Source: Candidatus Cloacimonadales bacterium (lineage in GTDB: Bacteria; Cloacimonadota; Cloacimonadia; Cloacimonadales; JAIOQZ01). From it: a stretch of DNA of 64,000 nucleotides. Numbering within the stretch: position 1 is the stretch's first letter; the number at the start of each line of letters is the position of its first letter. A model generated the notes under the pieces. That model saw only the letters and a program-made list of their open reading frames with translations. It did no database searches and was not told the DNA's origin. Below are positions 47,590 through 57,994 of this stretch, in pieces. A program made the translations under genes and the position numbers. The stretch spans positions 32,001 through 96,000 of the forward strand of contig CAXXTU010000002.1 in assembly GCA_963662655.2 (NCBI GenBank), written 5' to 3'.

Positions 47590-48716
47590 TAGTCGTCACT
47601 CAGGATCGCCGTGATCACCCGCAGCGATTCGAACTCGCGGATAATAATATGAATGGTGAGTACGATCGGCACGGCCAGAACCATACCCACGGCTCCCCAT
47701 ACCCAGCCCCAGAAAATGAGGGCGAAGAGTATAACGACCGGCGAGAGATTGTATTGATCCCCGAGGATTTTAGGCTCGATGATGTTTCCGAAGACTGTCT
47801 GGACACCAGTCAGCGCTCCAAAGATGGCAAATGTTTGCCAGCCGAATCCATACTGGAAGATGCTGACAATGATGGGGAACATCGAGGCCAGGATCGAGCC
47901 GATATTGGGGATAAAATTCATGATGAAGAGAAGCAGTCCCGTGATAATAACGAAATCGATCCCGAATATGTAAACGAAAAACATACCGAATAGCGCGGTT
48001 CCGAGACTGATGAAGGTTTTGACAATCAGGTAGCGGATGATGTTCTTCTCAACTTCCTGGAAAATGCTGCTGGAGTGCTTCTGCTCGACCTGCGTCAGAG
48101 CGCGCGCCAGGCGTCTGGCAAAACGCTCCCGCCCCGCCACAATGAAGATCATGAAGATAATGGTCATCATGAGCTTGAACAGGAAATCGCCAAACGTCCC
48201 CATCGTGTTCGTGATCACATTCTGAATAGAGAACTGCCTGAGGATATCCGATATCTCGACGTCCGAGAAATACTCCCGTACTTGCTTCTTCAGCAGGTCC
48301 CTTTCATGCGACTCCAACGGCTTTCCGTCTTTCCCGAAGTTCTCGGGGTGCTCGATGATCTGTTCCTTGTCGATGGTATAATCCGGAAGGCGGAGTCTTT
48401 TTGCCGTATCTTCGAGGAAATGGCCGATTCTTTCTTTGTACCACGGCCAGTCGTCCGCAAAAGTCGCGATTCCAGTGTAAACAAGAGTACCGGCCAATGT
48501 AAATGTAAAGAAGATGATAACAACCAATAATGTAACCGTCAGCATTTTGGGAACTCGTTTCGAGGTGAGATATCGATTGATGGGAGAAAAAATAAATGAC
48601 AGGTAAATGGCAAACGTCAATGGGATGAAAACAGATTTCAATTGCTTGAGAATTGTAACGACAATCGTCATGACGATGATTGTTAGGCTTATGTTAATCC
48701 ACCTGTTGCTGTTCAT
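47589..48716 (-). CDS. AI-2E (UPF0118) family transporter
   Basis: NFIPNIGS, GNIIEPKI.G...LSP.V....L.FWG.VWG..G..LAVP. Confidence 0.9.
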   Translation of the reverse strand: MNSNRWINISLTIIVMTIVVTILKQLKSVFIPLTFAIYLSFIFSPINRYLTSKRVPKMLTVTLLVVIIFFTFTLAGTLVYTGIATFADDWPWYKERIGHFLEDTAKRLRLPDYTIDKEQIIEHPENFGKDGKPLESHERDLLKKQVREYFSDVEISDILRQFSIQNVITNTMGTFGDFLFKLMMTIIFMIFIVAGRERFARRLARALTQVEQKHSSSIFQEVEKNIIRYLIVKTFISLGTALFGMFFVYIFGIDFVIITGLLLFIMNFIPNIGSILASMFPIIVSIFQYGFGWQTFAIFGALTGVQTVFGNIIEPKILGDQYNLSPVVILFALIFWGWVWGAVGMVLAVPIVLTIHIIIREFESLRVITAILSDD

Positions 48717-48966
48717 GGTTTCCCCTGTATTCGTATGAATCCTGAACGAGTATTCTCGTAACAGAAATCATTAATGGGGAATGCAAAAAATGTCAAATGT
48801 TTCTTTACAAAATCTCCGGTATAATCGAGAAGTAGGAAAATTGGGTAAAAACTGGCAAGGTTATTGCTCTGATTATTGCAACGCATATTGTTGCGGATAT
48901 TTACAGTGAAGAATAATGTGTACGTTTTGAATATAGAAAAGACAGATAAAAAATAGTCACGGAGGA

Positions 48967-51957
48967 ATGATGAAGTTATTTTGGATCGTATTGCTTGCCA
49001 TCCTGGCGACGTTTATGTTCGCGCAGAACTCAGAGTGGGTTACATGGCAGGAGAACGGTATCCCTGTAAGACAGGGAGAAAATATCGAGTGGTCTCGTGC
49101 AGCCGCCGCGCTCACGAACGGAACCGTAGTTTACACATGGTCGGACACCAAGCGTGGTGATCGCGACCTCTGGGCTCAACTTGTCGACGCTGACGGCAAC
49201 AAGGTTTGGGGCGATAATCCCGTGTTGGTCGACGGAAAGATCGATCGCCAGGAAGACCCGGTTGTTATCGGAACTTCCGACGGTGGGATCATCATTGCCT
49301 GGGTTGAATTCAACGAACAGCCTGTCTACGGCGATATTTTCATGCAGAAGTTAAGTGTTGAAGGCGAACTATTGTGGCAGGAAGGCGGCGTTCCTCTCTG
49401 TACGGCTCCGAATGTTCAGATCAGTCTGAACATCGTTGCGGATCAGAGTGGTGGCGCGTACATCATCTGGATCGATAGCCGCGCCGCCGGTGGTAAAGAT
49501 ATTTATGGCGCGCATGTTAACGCCGATGGTGAGGACATCTGGGGCGAAAACGGGATCGCGCTTACCAATGAAACGGGCGAACCGGTTACCCATACCTTCT
49601 GGGAAGACGGTCAGGGCGGAGCCGTTCTGGCTTACGTGAATGACAATGGCGGCAAGGACATCCTGGCAAAGAGGATTCTATCCGATGGAACCATCGACTG
49701 GTCCGTAACGCTTTCTGACGCCGTTCAGGATCAGATTGATGTCAAGATGTGCCAGATGAGCGCGACAACATACGGATTCGCATGGTGCGACCGTCGTATC
49801 GAAAATGATGGCGATATCTTCGCGCAGAGCGTTGATGTCAATGGCAACCTGCTTTGGAGCAACAGCCATGTCGTTTATCAGGGAACGAGCGTACAGGAAA
49901 ACCCGCGCGTTACCTCCGCCGTTGACGGAACAATGATCGTGACCTGGGAAGATAAGCGAAATGAAGGCGATAAAACCGATATCTACGCGCAGAAACTCGA
50001 CGCGAGCGGCAACCTCCTCTGGGATACCAACGGTCTGTTGATCTGCGACGCAGAAGAAAACCAGCTCAATCCTCGTCTGCGTCCAGATGATGACGGCGGT
50101 TGCTACATCGTTTGGGACGACGAACGGTTTGGCGGACATAATTACGAAGATATTTATATTCAGCATGTTGTAAACGATGGCTCAGTTGAATGGGCAAGTA
50201 ACGGCATTCCAGTATGTAGCGCAGCGCTGGAACAATACAGCCCGCTTATCAACTCAGCCGGCGACAACTACTTCATCTGCTGGGGCGACCGTCGCGACGG
50301 ATCAATTGGTTTGTATTACCAGGTTATGGATAGCGACGGCGATTTCCTTCTTCAGGACAACGGCGTCATGTTCTACTGGGGACTTGAAGGCGATGCCTCG
50401 GAAATTATCGCTATCGAGCAAAACGACAACACCGTCGTTGTTTGGAATGACGCCCGTTATGGCGTTATCGGCGAAAGAGCGTTCATGCAGATGATCTCGC
50501 CGGATGGCCAGATGTTGTTTCAGGACAACGGCATCAGCTTCACTGAGGATCTGGAGACAGACAATGTCAATCAGGCGTCTATCGACATCGTCGATTACCA
50601 CGATGGCGGCGTTGTTGCTGTATGGGAGCAGGAAGATGTCGCTTTCCTGCGTGCACATGCCCAAGCAATGGATGATGAAGGCAACAGGCTTTGGGGACCC
50701 AATGGTATTGAAATTAGCTCCGCGACACTCTCGCAAAGGAATCCGCACATAGGACGTATCGGATCGGAGTACTATATTGCCTGGTCAAACCTCGTATTTG
50801 ATTCGGAAAATTTTATACACGTATACGCGCTTTACATTCAGAAGATTGTCGATGGAGTACGCCAGTGGGGGGATGAAGGTATTCAATTCCTTATGAACGG
50901 TGTGGATTGTACCGTGGATTGTGTATACGAAGACTATATCCTTTACCACGACCTCGATGATGCTTACATCATTCGCATCGATAGCGATGGCAACCCCGCA
51001 GCGGGATGGCCGACGGAAGGGCTGACATTATGCAATGTCGAAGGTATCCAGAAGAACCTCAAAGCTGAAATGACGAATGACGGACTCCTGGTGATCTGGG
51101 AAGACTTCCGCCACGAATCGTCTTCGATTTACGGGCAGCTTGTTTCCCCCGATGGAACGATCCAGTGGGCGGAAAACGGCATCCCGATCGCAGATTACGA
51201 AAATGCGCAGTACCAGTTTGAACTCTCTACTAACGGCGATGACTATTACTTCATCTGGTCGGATTTCCGTTTGGGAAACGATGAGGATGTCGCGATGCAG
51301 AAAATGGATCCGGCTGGAGACATCGAATGGGGCAACGATGCGCTCTGGATCGCGCAGCAGGACTCGGCGCAGGCTAATCCGGCAGTTCTCGCTTACGACG
51401 ACTATGTAATGATTGCATGGGAAGACTGGAGCGTGATGGACAACGACCTGTGTATGCACAACCTCAAGGCGGACGGAACCGCAAACTGGAGTTCGTACAA
51501 AACCCTTTGCGATGCGATCAAGTGGCAGGAATCACCTCAGATCGTTCCGTCAGGGCCCGGACACACGACGGTTGTCTGGAGCGACCTTCGATCCAGCGGT
51601 AAGTCGTATGTGTACGGCATCTACGCGCAGCGTGTTAACAACAACTACCACGGAATCAGCGATGATAGCGCTCCACCGGCTGCTGCGAAGCTCGGGCAAA
51701 ACTTCCCGAATCCTTTCAACCCTGAGACCACGATCGAATTTTCGATTCTGAACAAGGGCAATGTGGAGCTCGGCGTTTACAACATCCGCGGGCAGAAGGT
51801 CAAAACGCTGGTGAACGAAAGCTTCACTGCCGGAACGCACAAGGTTGTGTGGGATGGCAAGGACGAAAGAAACGAAGGTGTATCCAGCGGTATCTATTTC
51901 TACCGGCTCAACGCAGGCGGAAAGGAACTGACCCGCAAAATGGTCTTGATTAAATAG
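48967..51957 (+). CDS. Secreted repeat (beta-propeller-like) protein with C-terminal T9SS/FlgD-Ig-type domain
   Basis: Signal peptide; sixteen ~55-aa repeats W...G......Q..P......G....W.D.R....DIYAQ.....G; NFPNPFNPET...RKMVLIK. Confidence 0.85.
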   Translation: MMKLFWIVLLAILATFMFAQNSEWVTWQENGIPVRQGENIEWSRAAAALTNGTVVYTWSDTKRGDRDLWAQLVDADGNKVWGDNPVLVDGKIDRQEDPVVIGTSDGGIIIAWVEFNEQPVYGDIFMQKLSVEGELLWQEGGVPLCTAPNVQISLNIVADQSGGAYIIWIDSRAAGGKDIYGAHVNADGEDIWGENGIALTNETGEPVTHTFWEDGQGGAVLAYVNDNGGKDILAKRILSDGTIDWSVTLSDAVQDQIDVKMCQMSATTYGFAWCDRRIENDGDIFAQSVDVNGNLLWSNSHVVYQGTSVQENPRVTSAVDGTMIVTWEDKRNEGDKTDIYAQKLDASGNLLWDTNGLLICDAEENQLNPRLRPDDDGGCYIVWDDERFGGHNYEDIYIQHVVNDGSVEWASNGIPVCSAALEQYSPLINSAGDNYFICWGDRRDGSIGLYYQVMDSDGDFLLQDNGVMFYWGLEGDASEIIAIEQNDNTVVVWNDARYGVIGERAFMQMISPDGQMLFQDNGISFTEDLETDNVNQASIDIVDYHDGGVVAVWEQEDVAFLRAHAQAMDDEGNRLWGPNGIEISSATLSQRNPHIGRIGSEYYIAWSNLVFDSENFIHVYALYIQKIVDGVRQWGDEGIQFLMNGVDCTVDCVYEDYILYHDLDDAYIIRIDSDGNPAAGWPTEGLTLCNVEGIQKNLKAEMTNDGLLVIWEDFRHESSSIYGQLVSPDGTIQWAENGIPIADYENAQYQFELSTNGDDYYFIWSDFRLGNDEDVAMQKMDPAGDIEWGNDALWIAQQDSAQANPAVLAYDDYVMIAWEDWSVMDNDLCMHNLKADGTANWSSYKTLCDAIKWQESPQIVPSGPGHTTVVWSDLRSSGKSYVYGIYAQRVNNNYHGISDDSAPPAAAKLGQNFPNPFNPETTIEFSILNKGNVELGVYNIRGQKVKTLVNESFTAGTHKVVWDGKDERNEGVSSGIYFYRLNAGGKELTRKMVLIK

Positions 51958-52149
51958 ACGCACCCGGTAAATACTTTGATTCTCCGGCGGAGTTGTATCC
52001 GTCGGAGAATCGTGACAATATGGTTTCCGCTTCTCAGGATATCTCCAAACGGGGTTGTTCGGGGCGGAAGTTGCTCTCAGGAAAGGTTTTAGGATCGATG
52101 TTAAGCATGGAAAGCCGATCGATCGAAAACCGTATTAGAGGAGGATCTC

Positions 52150-54453
52150 ATGAAACGCATCTTGACGATGGCGATCATATTCATCACCCTTCAACTCGTT
52201 GCTCAAACGAATATGCCGAGCTACTGGCATACCAATGAGGAAATCAACGAACAACTGATCGCTTGGGCCGATGCCTATCCTGAAATTACACACCTGGAAA
52301 TTATTGGATATTCGAGGCCTTCATCATACATGGAAGCAAAACCGATCTACGCTATGAAGATTTCGGACAATGCCGATGTCGATGAAGACGAACCGGCTGT
52401 ATTTTTTGTGGGCCAGTGCCACGCTGAAGAAGTTACGGGAATTGAAATTGTTCTATTTTATATGAATCTGCTGCTGGAGCACAACACAACAAATCCATAC
52501 AGAATGTTTATCGAGAATCTCGAAATATGGTTCGTTCCCACGATCAACCCTTCGGGGCTTGAAGTTGTAATGAACATGAACGACGACTCATTCCGGAAAA
52601 CGGTAAGAGATAACAACGAGGATGGAATCTTCGATTACATTCCCAATCCCGGAAATGATATCGACGGTGTCGATCCGAACCGTAACTACGATTTCGGTTG
52701 GGTGCACGGCGATACTCTTTACAGTATCAACGGTGACGAGCTCTACGATTACTACCGTGGGCCGTACCCCTTCTCGGAAGGCGGAACTACCGCGATCAAG
52801 GATTTGGGTGACCGGCAGCACTTCATCTACGGTATCAATTATCATGACTCACGCACGGGCAATTTCTCGGAAAAAGTGTTTTACCCGTGGGAGTTCAAGG
52901 GACTCTCAAACCGCAGGAATCCGGACTACCTCATTTGCAAGCAGATTGGGGACAACGTAGCCGGATCAATTGTGAAATCCGCGGGTATCGGAACCTACGA
53001 GCCGTCGGCATCCCAGGGAAGAATCGGGAAGTCGACGCAGTGGTTCTACGCCGAATACGGCACGATCCAGCTTACGATCGAAGTGGCTTACAATCAACCT
53101 GATTCATCCAACATGCACGATACGATTGTGAAGAACGTTCCCGGCATCAACTGGATGCTCAAAAGAACGATGAGCGCGATCATCGATATCTGCCCAATGC
53201 TGACAGGCCATGTCTACGACGCGGTAACCGGGGAACCGATCGTCGCCGAGGTGATCATAGAAGAACGTCAATCGAAGTACTTCACCCCACGCAAGACCGA
53301 TGAATTGTACGGACGTTTCTGGAGGCCGCTCACTCAGGGAACGTACACGTTGACTGTCCAGAAAAACGGTTATGAGACATACTCGCAGTCGGTTGTGGTG
53401 AATCCCACAAGCTGGACAACGCGCGATGTCTACCTCCAACCGCTGGATGAAGTGACATTCAACGGCACGATGTCATCCAACGGGCAGCCGGTTGACGGCG
53501 AGATCATTGTACGCGATGTCGAGGATCAGACCTTCGATGTCGTGGATGGGAACTTCACGATCAATTCCTGGGCCGGCAGCCATGAAGTGATCTTCCGCGC
53601 CGATGGCTACATGACGTGCGTCGACACCTACGATTTCCAGCCGGGAACGCATGGACTCACGATCGAGCTTTCGGATGGCAACGTCCTTTTCTCCGAAGAT
53701 TTCAACGACGCGGAAGCGTTGAGCATGGATGTCGATGGTCCATGGCAGATCATCGATGAATTATCGAATGAGGGAAGCGCGATTACCGATAGCTGGGGCG
53801 GATATGGATTCTATGAGGCGAACTGCGACGTCAACATCGCCACACACGAACCGGTAGCGCTCGACAACTACGAACACTACAATCTCGAATTCATGCAGCA
53901 CCTCTACACCGAACCCGATTGGGATTTCGCCCATGTCGAAGTTTCAAGCGATCAGGAGACCTGGACGGAGATATGGAGAGACACGGGCAAGAAAGACTGG
54001 TGGAGCCGCGTTATCATCCCCCTGGATGAGTATGCCGGACAAACCCTGTATTTCCGCTTCCGCCTTACGGCTGATTCACCGGACCCCGTTCTGGTCGATC
54101 CGGGCTGGACGATCGACGATCTTACGATCACCGGCGGCAACTACATGGTTACCGATGTCGATCCGTCCGAGGTTGTGCCTTTCAAGGTTGTGAGGCTGAA
54201 ACCGAACTATCCCAACCCGTTCAACCCGAAAACCGTGTTCGCCTACTCGGTGCCTTCCTCGGCGAAGACCGCAGAAATCAACGTGTTCAATATCCGTGGT
54301 CAGCGCGTGGAAAAAATCACGCTGAACAAAGAGGATATGGAACGTGGCAAGATATTCTGGGACGCGACCGGTCAGGCGAGCGGCGTCTATTTCTATCGAT
54401 TGACCGTTGATGGAGAGAACACGAAGACACGAAAAGCATGTTTAATTAAATAG
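52150..54453 (+). CDS. Secreted M14 zinc carboxypeptidase with accessory domains and C-terminal T9SS-type domain
   Basis: HAEE, DPNRN, NYHD, TIEV; jelly-roll domain (WDFAHVEVS...GWTIDD); NYPNPFNP...SGVYFYRL. Confidence 0.88.
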   Translation: MKRILTMAIIFITLQLVAQTNMPSYWHTNEEINEQLIAWADAYPEITHLEIIGYSRPSSYMEAKPIYAMKISDNADVDEDEPAVFFVGQCHAEEVTGIEIVLFYMNLLLEHNTTNPYRMFIENLEIWFVPTINPSGLEVVMNMNDDSFRKTVRDNNEDGIFDYIPNPGNDIDGVDPNRNYDFGWVHGDTLYSINGDELYDYYRGPYPFSEGGTTAIKDLGDRQHFIYGINYHDSRTGNFSEKVFYPWEFKGLSNRRNPDYLICKQIGDNVAGSIVKSAGIGTYEPSASQGRIGKSTQWFYAEYGTIQLTIEVAYNQPDSSNMHDTIVKNVPGINWMLKRTMSAIIDICPMLTGHVYDAVTGEPIVAEVIIEERQSKYFTPRKTDELYGRFWRPLTQGTYTLTVQKNGYETYSQSVVVNPTSWTTRDVYLQPLDEVTFNGTMSSNGQPVDGEIIVRDVEDQTFDVVDGNFTINSWAGSHEVIFRADGYMTCVDTYDFQPGTHGLTIELSDGNVLFSEDFNDAEALSMDVDGPWQIIDELSNEGSAITDSWGGYGFYEANCDVNIATHEPVALDNYEHYNLEFMQHLYTEPDWDFAHVEVSSDQETWTEIWRDTGKKDWWSRVIIPLDEYAGQTLYFRFRLTADSPDPVLVDPGWTIDDLTITGGNYMVTDVDPSEVVPFKVVRLKPNYPNPFNPKTVFAYSVPSSAKTAEINVFNIRGQRVEKITLNKEDMERGKIFWDATGQASGVYFYRLTVDGENTKTRKACLIK

Positions 54454-54467
54454 ATAACGGAGGAATT

Positions 54468-57400
54468 ATGAAGAAAACCCCCATCCTGCTGCTTCTAATC
54501 GTAGTATCCGGGCTGCTGTTCGCGGCTCCAGCTCTCGATATCGTCGAGAGTGCAGGAACTGTTCAGGTAAGTTGCAGCTATCAGCAGGAAGAAAGCGTAA
54601 ACCGCTTTGCGCAGCAAACGTTTGCCATTCCGGCTCAAAGCGTCTCGGTTGAAATCCAGTCCATGCGGATTGGACTCTACAATGCGGAAGGCGAACGAGT
54701 TAATCAATATGAACAAATCCAGCCTGAGCGTGTTGCTGTCGCCAAGCAGTTCACGCTGAGAGAAATGCGCGGTTTTACCGTGCGTATTGAAACTTCACGG
54801 GACGAAAACGGTCTTGAAAGTCGCATCGACGACCTGGAATATTCTCTGATATCCAACGGGACATTTACGTATCCTCAGAACGTATCCGAGGCTTATGTCC
54901 CCATTTACAAACAGATGGCAGCGAACTACGAAACCTCGTATCTTCGCCACATGTCGTATCAAAGACCGTCCATGCTTATCATCAGTCACTCGACGATAAC
55001 GCCGAGTATCCAGAACTTCGTGACCTGGAAGAGGTCATTAGGATTTGAAGTTACCATCGAAGACATCGAGAATATCTCCACCAACGCGAACGATATTCGC
55101 GCCTGGATTGCGGATTTCTATAACAACGCCGAGAACCGCCCGGAGTACCTGATCGTGATCGGCGATGTTGTCGGGAGCCTTAGTTGCCCGACTTTCTACA
55201 CTTCTTTGGACAACAATGTTACTGACTTACCTTATACGTTGATCGAGGGAGACGATTTCCTTCCCGAGATGATCGTTGGCCGTGTTTCGATCAATGTTCT
55301 CGATCATGCGCTCAGCATATTTTCGAAGACCATCAAGTATGAAAGAACGCCCTACATGGCCGATACCGCGTGGTTCAACAGAGCGCTGGTTGTCGCCGGT
55401 AACTACGGCCAGCCAATCGTGCCCGTTACACCGGTTTTGATGTCGAAATGGCTCCGGGATCAATTTGTGAATCATGGGTACACGACCGTCGATACGTTGT
55501 TCTACCCGCCGGTTTCGAACGGCGCGCCTTATATAACCCCAATCCTCAACGCTGGCGCTCAGTTTGTCAGTTATCGCGGATGGGGAGCCGAGAACGGCTG
55601 GCATTATCCCCGGTACCACTCGGATGACCTTGCATCGGTAACAAGCGGCGAGAAGATGCACGTTGTATCTTCTGTTGTTTGCGGAACGGGGGACTTCGGC
55701 GACACGGTTGACGGAAACGCATGCTTCGGCGAGCAATGGATGCGCATGGGTTCCGCAAGCGCTCCCAATGGAGCCGTGGCGTTCTTCGGCCCTTCGTATC
55801 TGCACACAAGTACGGAACCGAACAACGCGGTTTCTTCCGGATTCTATCAGGGTGTCTTGGAAGAGGGGATCCATTCCTTCGGAACTGCGGTTCTTCGCGG
55901 AAAAACAGAACTTTACAACAACTATCCCAACGATAACGAGCAGGGTGGGGTAACGGAATTCTACTACCATATCTACAACATTCTGTCTGATCCTTCTCTC
56001 AAAATGTGGAAGCAGGTTCCAGATACGCCGACGGCCGTTCTGCCTGCCCAGATCGAGAAGGGAACAAACTATCTCTCGCTCGATCTATCGGGATGGAACG
56101 GCGGGATCGTTACCGCATCGCGCGACATGGTGAACTTCTCCTTCGCTCGCGTGGATGCAGGTCACGCATTCCTGAACATCGACACGAGCGAGACGGGAAA
56201 TCTTCTGGTGACGATCTCTCGCGAGAATGCCGTGCCGGTTTACCAGTCAATTCCGATTGTTGCTTCCGACAATGTGGGTATCGTGGAGCATACGCTCAGC
56301 AACGTGTACTCGGGTATGACCGCCGGGCTCTCCATCACGGTTCAGAACTTCAACGATGCGGCGGTTAGCGATCTTACCGCCACGCTTACGTCCGATTCAC
56401 CGTATTTCATCAGCACGGACGATGTATGGAACTTTGGCTCGATTGCTGCTGGCGGAACAGCTACAGCGAACGGCACATTCGATATTTCTGTGGAATGTCC
56501 GTTCCATGAATTCATCGAGCTCACGGCTGAATTCTCCAATGGGGACGTGTCCAAGCTTGTCGCAGTAGCGGGTGCTTTGCTGTTTGAAGTCACGGCTTGC
56601 ACGCCAACCGGCGACGGTTTCCTCTCACCGGGAGAGACAACGGATATCACCATTCAGCTTACCAATATCAGTTCTTACGACGCCGTAGGCGTTACCGCGA
56701 ATGTCGTTTCTTCGACAGACGCAGTGACAGTGAACAGCGCCGAGATTACGTTTGGCGACATCGCTTCCGGCTCTACGGGTACCGCGACTCTCAACGTCGA
56801 GGCCGGCTCGAACGCATTTCTCGGCAGAAGCGTTCGTTTCCTCCTGAACATCGAGGATGAAGACGGTCGTGAGACGTACAACTACGCATATACGGAGATC
56901 GGCCCGGTCGATCAGTCGGCGCCCACGGGTCCCGACGCGTACGGGTATTACGCATACGACAACAACGATACCGGATATGACGTTCCTGCTCCAGTATACG
57001 AGTGGCACACGATCGATCCGAACGAAGGTGGCAACGGTACGGTGTTCCTCTGGACAGACGACGCCTCTGAAACCGTCGATCTTCCCTTCACATTCCGTTT
57101 CTACGGTCAGGACTTCGATGAAGTGACGATCTGCTCGAACGGATGGCTCTCCATGGGGAGAACCTGGATGGCGAATTTCCGTAACTGGAACATCCCCGCG
57201 GCGCTTGGTCCCGCAAACCTGATCGCCCCGTACTGGGACGACCTCAAGGGATTGGTTGTTGACGACGAACGCACCGTTAACGACATGCGAATCGTTTATT
57301 ACTACGATGAGGGCGCTAACGAGTTCATCGTTCAGTGGAACGACGCGTACAACCAGGAAAACAATACCTCGATCGAAAAGTTCGAGGTCGTTTTGATCCC

Positions 57401-57917
57401 GCGCGTAGATCACGACGGCGATATCGTTTTCAATTACCAGACGGTTGACAACCCGGATATCGATAGCAATTACAGTACTGTGGGTATTGAGAGCAATCAT
57501 CATGATTCTGGCGTTTGCTATTCATACGCAAATATCTATCCCGCAACCGCGTCGACGCTTGCGAACGGACTGGCAATCAAGTTCACTACGGACGCGCCCG
57601 ATGAGTACACTTCGGTCGATGACGGTACCGTCGCATACAGCGATGTCGTTCTTCAACAGAACTACCCGAATCCGTTCAATCCTGTGACGACCATCGAGTT
57701 CGCTCTGCCGAACGAGATGGATGTTGCGCTAGAAGTATACAATGTACGTGGTCAGAAAGTGAAAACCCTTGTGGCTCAGTACATGGAATCCGGAAAGCAC
57801 GAAGTTACGTGGTTCGGAAAAGACGACAATAACCGCGACGTCAGTTCAGGCTTGTATTTCTACAAGCTCACAACTGGCGACAAGGTGAATGTCAGGAAGA
57901 TGCTTCTTCTAAAATAA
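54468..57917 (+). CDS. Secreted gingipain-family (C25) protein with C-terminal T9SS/FlgD-Ig-type domain; catalytic His position is Trp
   Basis: YLIVIGD, TDLPY, PEMIVGR, SYRGWG, VVCGTGDF, NILSDPS; GPDAYGYY; NYPNPFNP...RKMLLLK. Confidence 0.88.
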   Translation: MKKTPILLLLIVVSGLLFAAPALDIVESAGTVQVSCSYQQEESVNRFAQQTFAIPAQSVSVEIQSMRIGLYNAEGERVNQYEQIQPERVAVAKQFTLREMRGFTVRIETSRDENGLESRIDDLEYSLISNGTFTYPQNVSEAYVPIYKQMAANYETSYLRHMSYQRPSMLIISHSTITPSIQNFVTWKRSLGFEVTIEDIENISTNANDIRAWIADFYNNAENRPEYLIVIGDVVGSLSCPTFYTSLDNNVTDLPYTLIEGDDFLPEMIVGRVSINVLDHALSIFSKTIKYERTPYMADTAWFNRALVVAGNYGQPIVPVTPVLMSKWLRDQFVNHGYTTVDTLFYPPVSNGAPYITPILNAGAQFVSYRGWGAENGWHYPRYHSDDLASVTSGEKMHVVSSVVCGTGDFGDTVDGNACFGEQWMRMGSASAPNGAVAFFGPSYLHTSTEPNNAVSSGFYQGVLEEGIHSFGTAVLRGKTELYNNYPNDNEQGGVTEFYYHIYNILSDPSLKMWKQVPDTPTAVLPAQIEKGTNYLSLDLSGWNGGIVTASRDMVNFSFARVDAGHAFLNIDTSETGNLLVTISRENAVPVYQSIPIVASDNVGIVEHTLSNVYSGMTAGLSITVQNFNDAAVSDLTATLTSDSPYFISTDDVWNFGSIAAGGTATANGTFDISVECPFHEFIELTAEFSNGDVSKLVAVAGALLFEVTACTPTGDGFLSPGETTDITIQLTNISSYDAVGVTANVVSSTDAVTVNSAEITFGDIASGSTGTATLNVEAGSNAFLGRSVRFLLNIEDEDGRETYNYAYTEIGPVDQSAPTGPDAYGYYAYDNNDTGYDVPAPVYEWHTIDPNEGGNGTVFLWTDDASETVDLPFTFRFYGQDFDEVTICSNGWLSMGRTWMANFRNWNIPAALGPANLIAPYWDDLKGLVVDDERTVNDMRIVYYYDEGANEFIVQWNDAYNQENNTSIEKFEVVLIPRVDHDGDIVFNYQTVDNPDIDSNYSTVGIESNHHDSGVCYSYANIYPATASTLANGLAIKFTTDAPDEYTSVDDGTVAYSDVVLQQNYPNPFNPVTTIEFALPNEMDVALEVYNVRGQKVKTLVAQYMESGKHEVTWFGKDDNNRDVSSGLYFYKLTTGDKVNVRKMLLLK

Positions 57918-57941
57918 GCAAAATCCATAATTCAATAAATG

Positions 57942-57972
57942 AAAGGGAGTCCGAAGCCGGACTCCCTTTTTT
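57942..57972 (+). terminator. Intrinsic terminator of the secreted-protein operon
   Basis: AAAGGGAGTCCG-AAGC-CGGACTCCCTTTTTT. Confidence 0.9.
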
Positions 57973-57994
57973 ATGCGCCGATCGCGAGGAAAAG

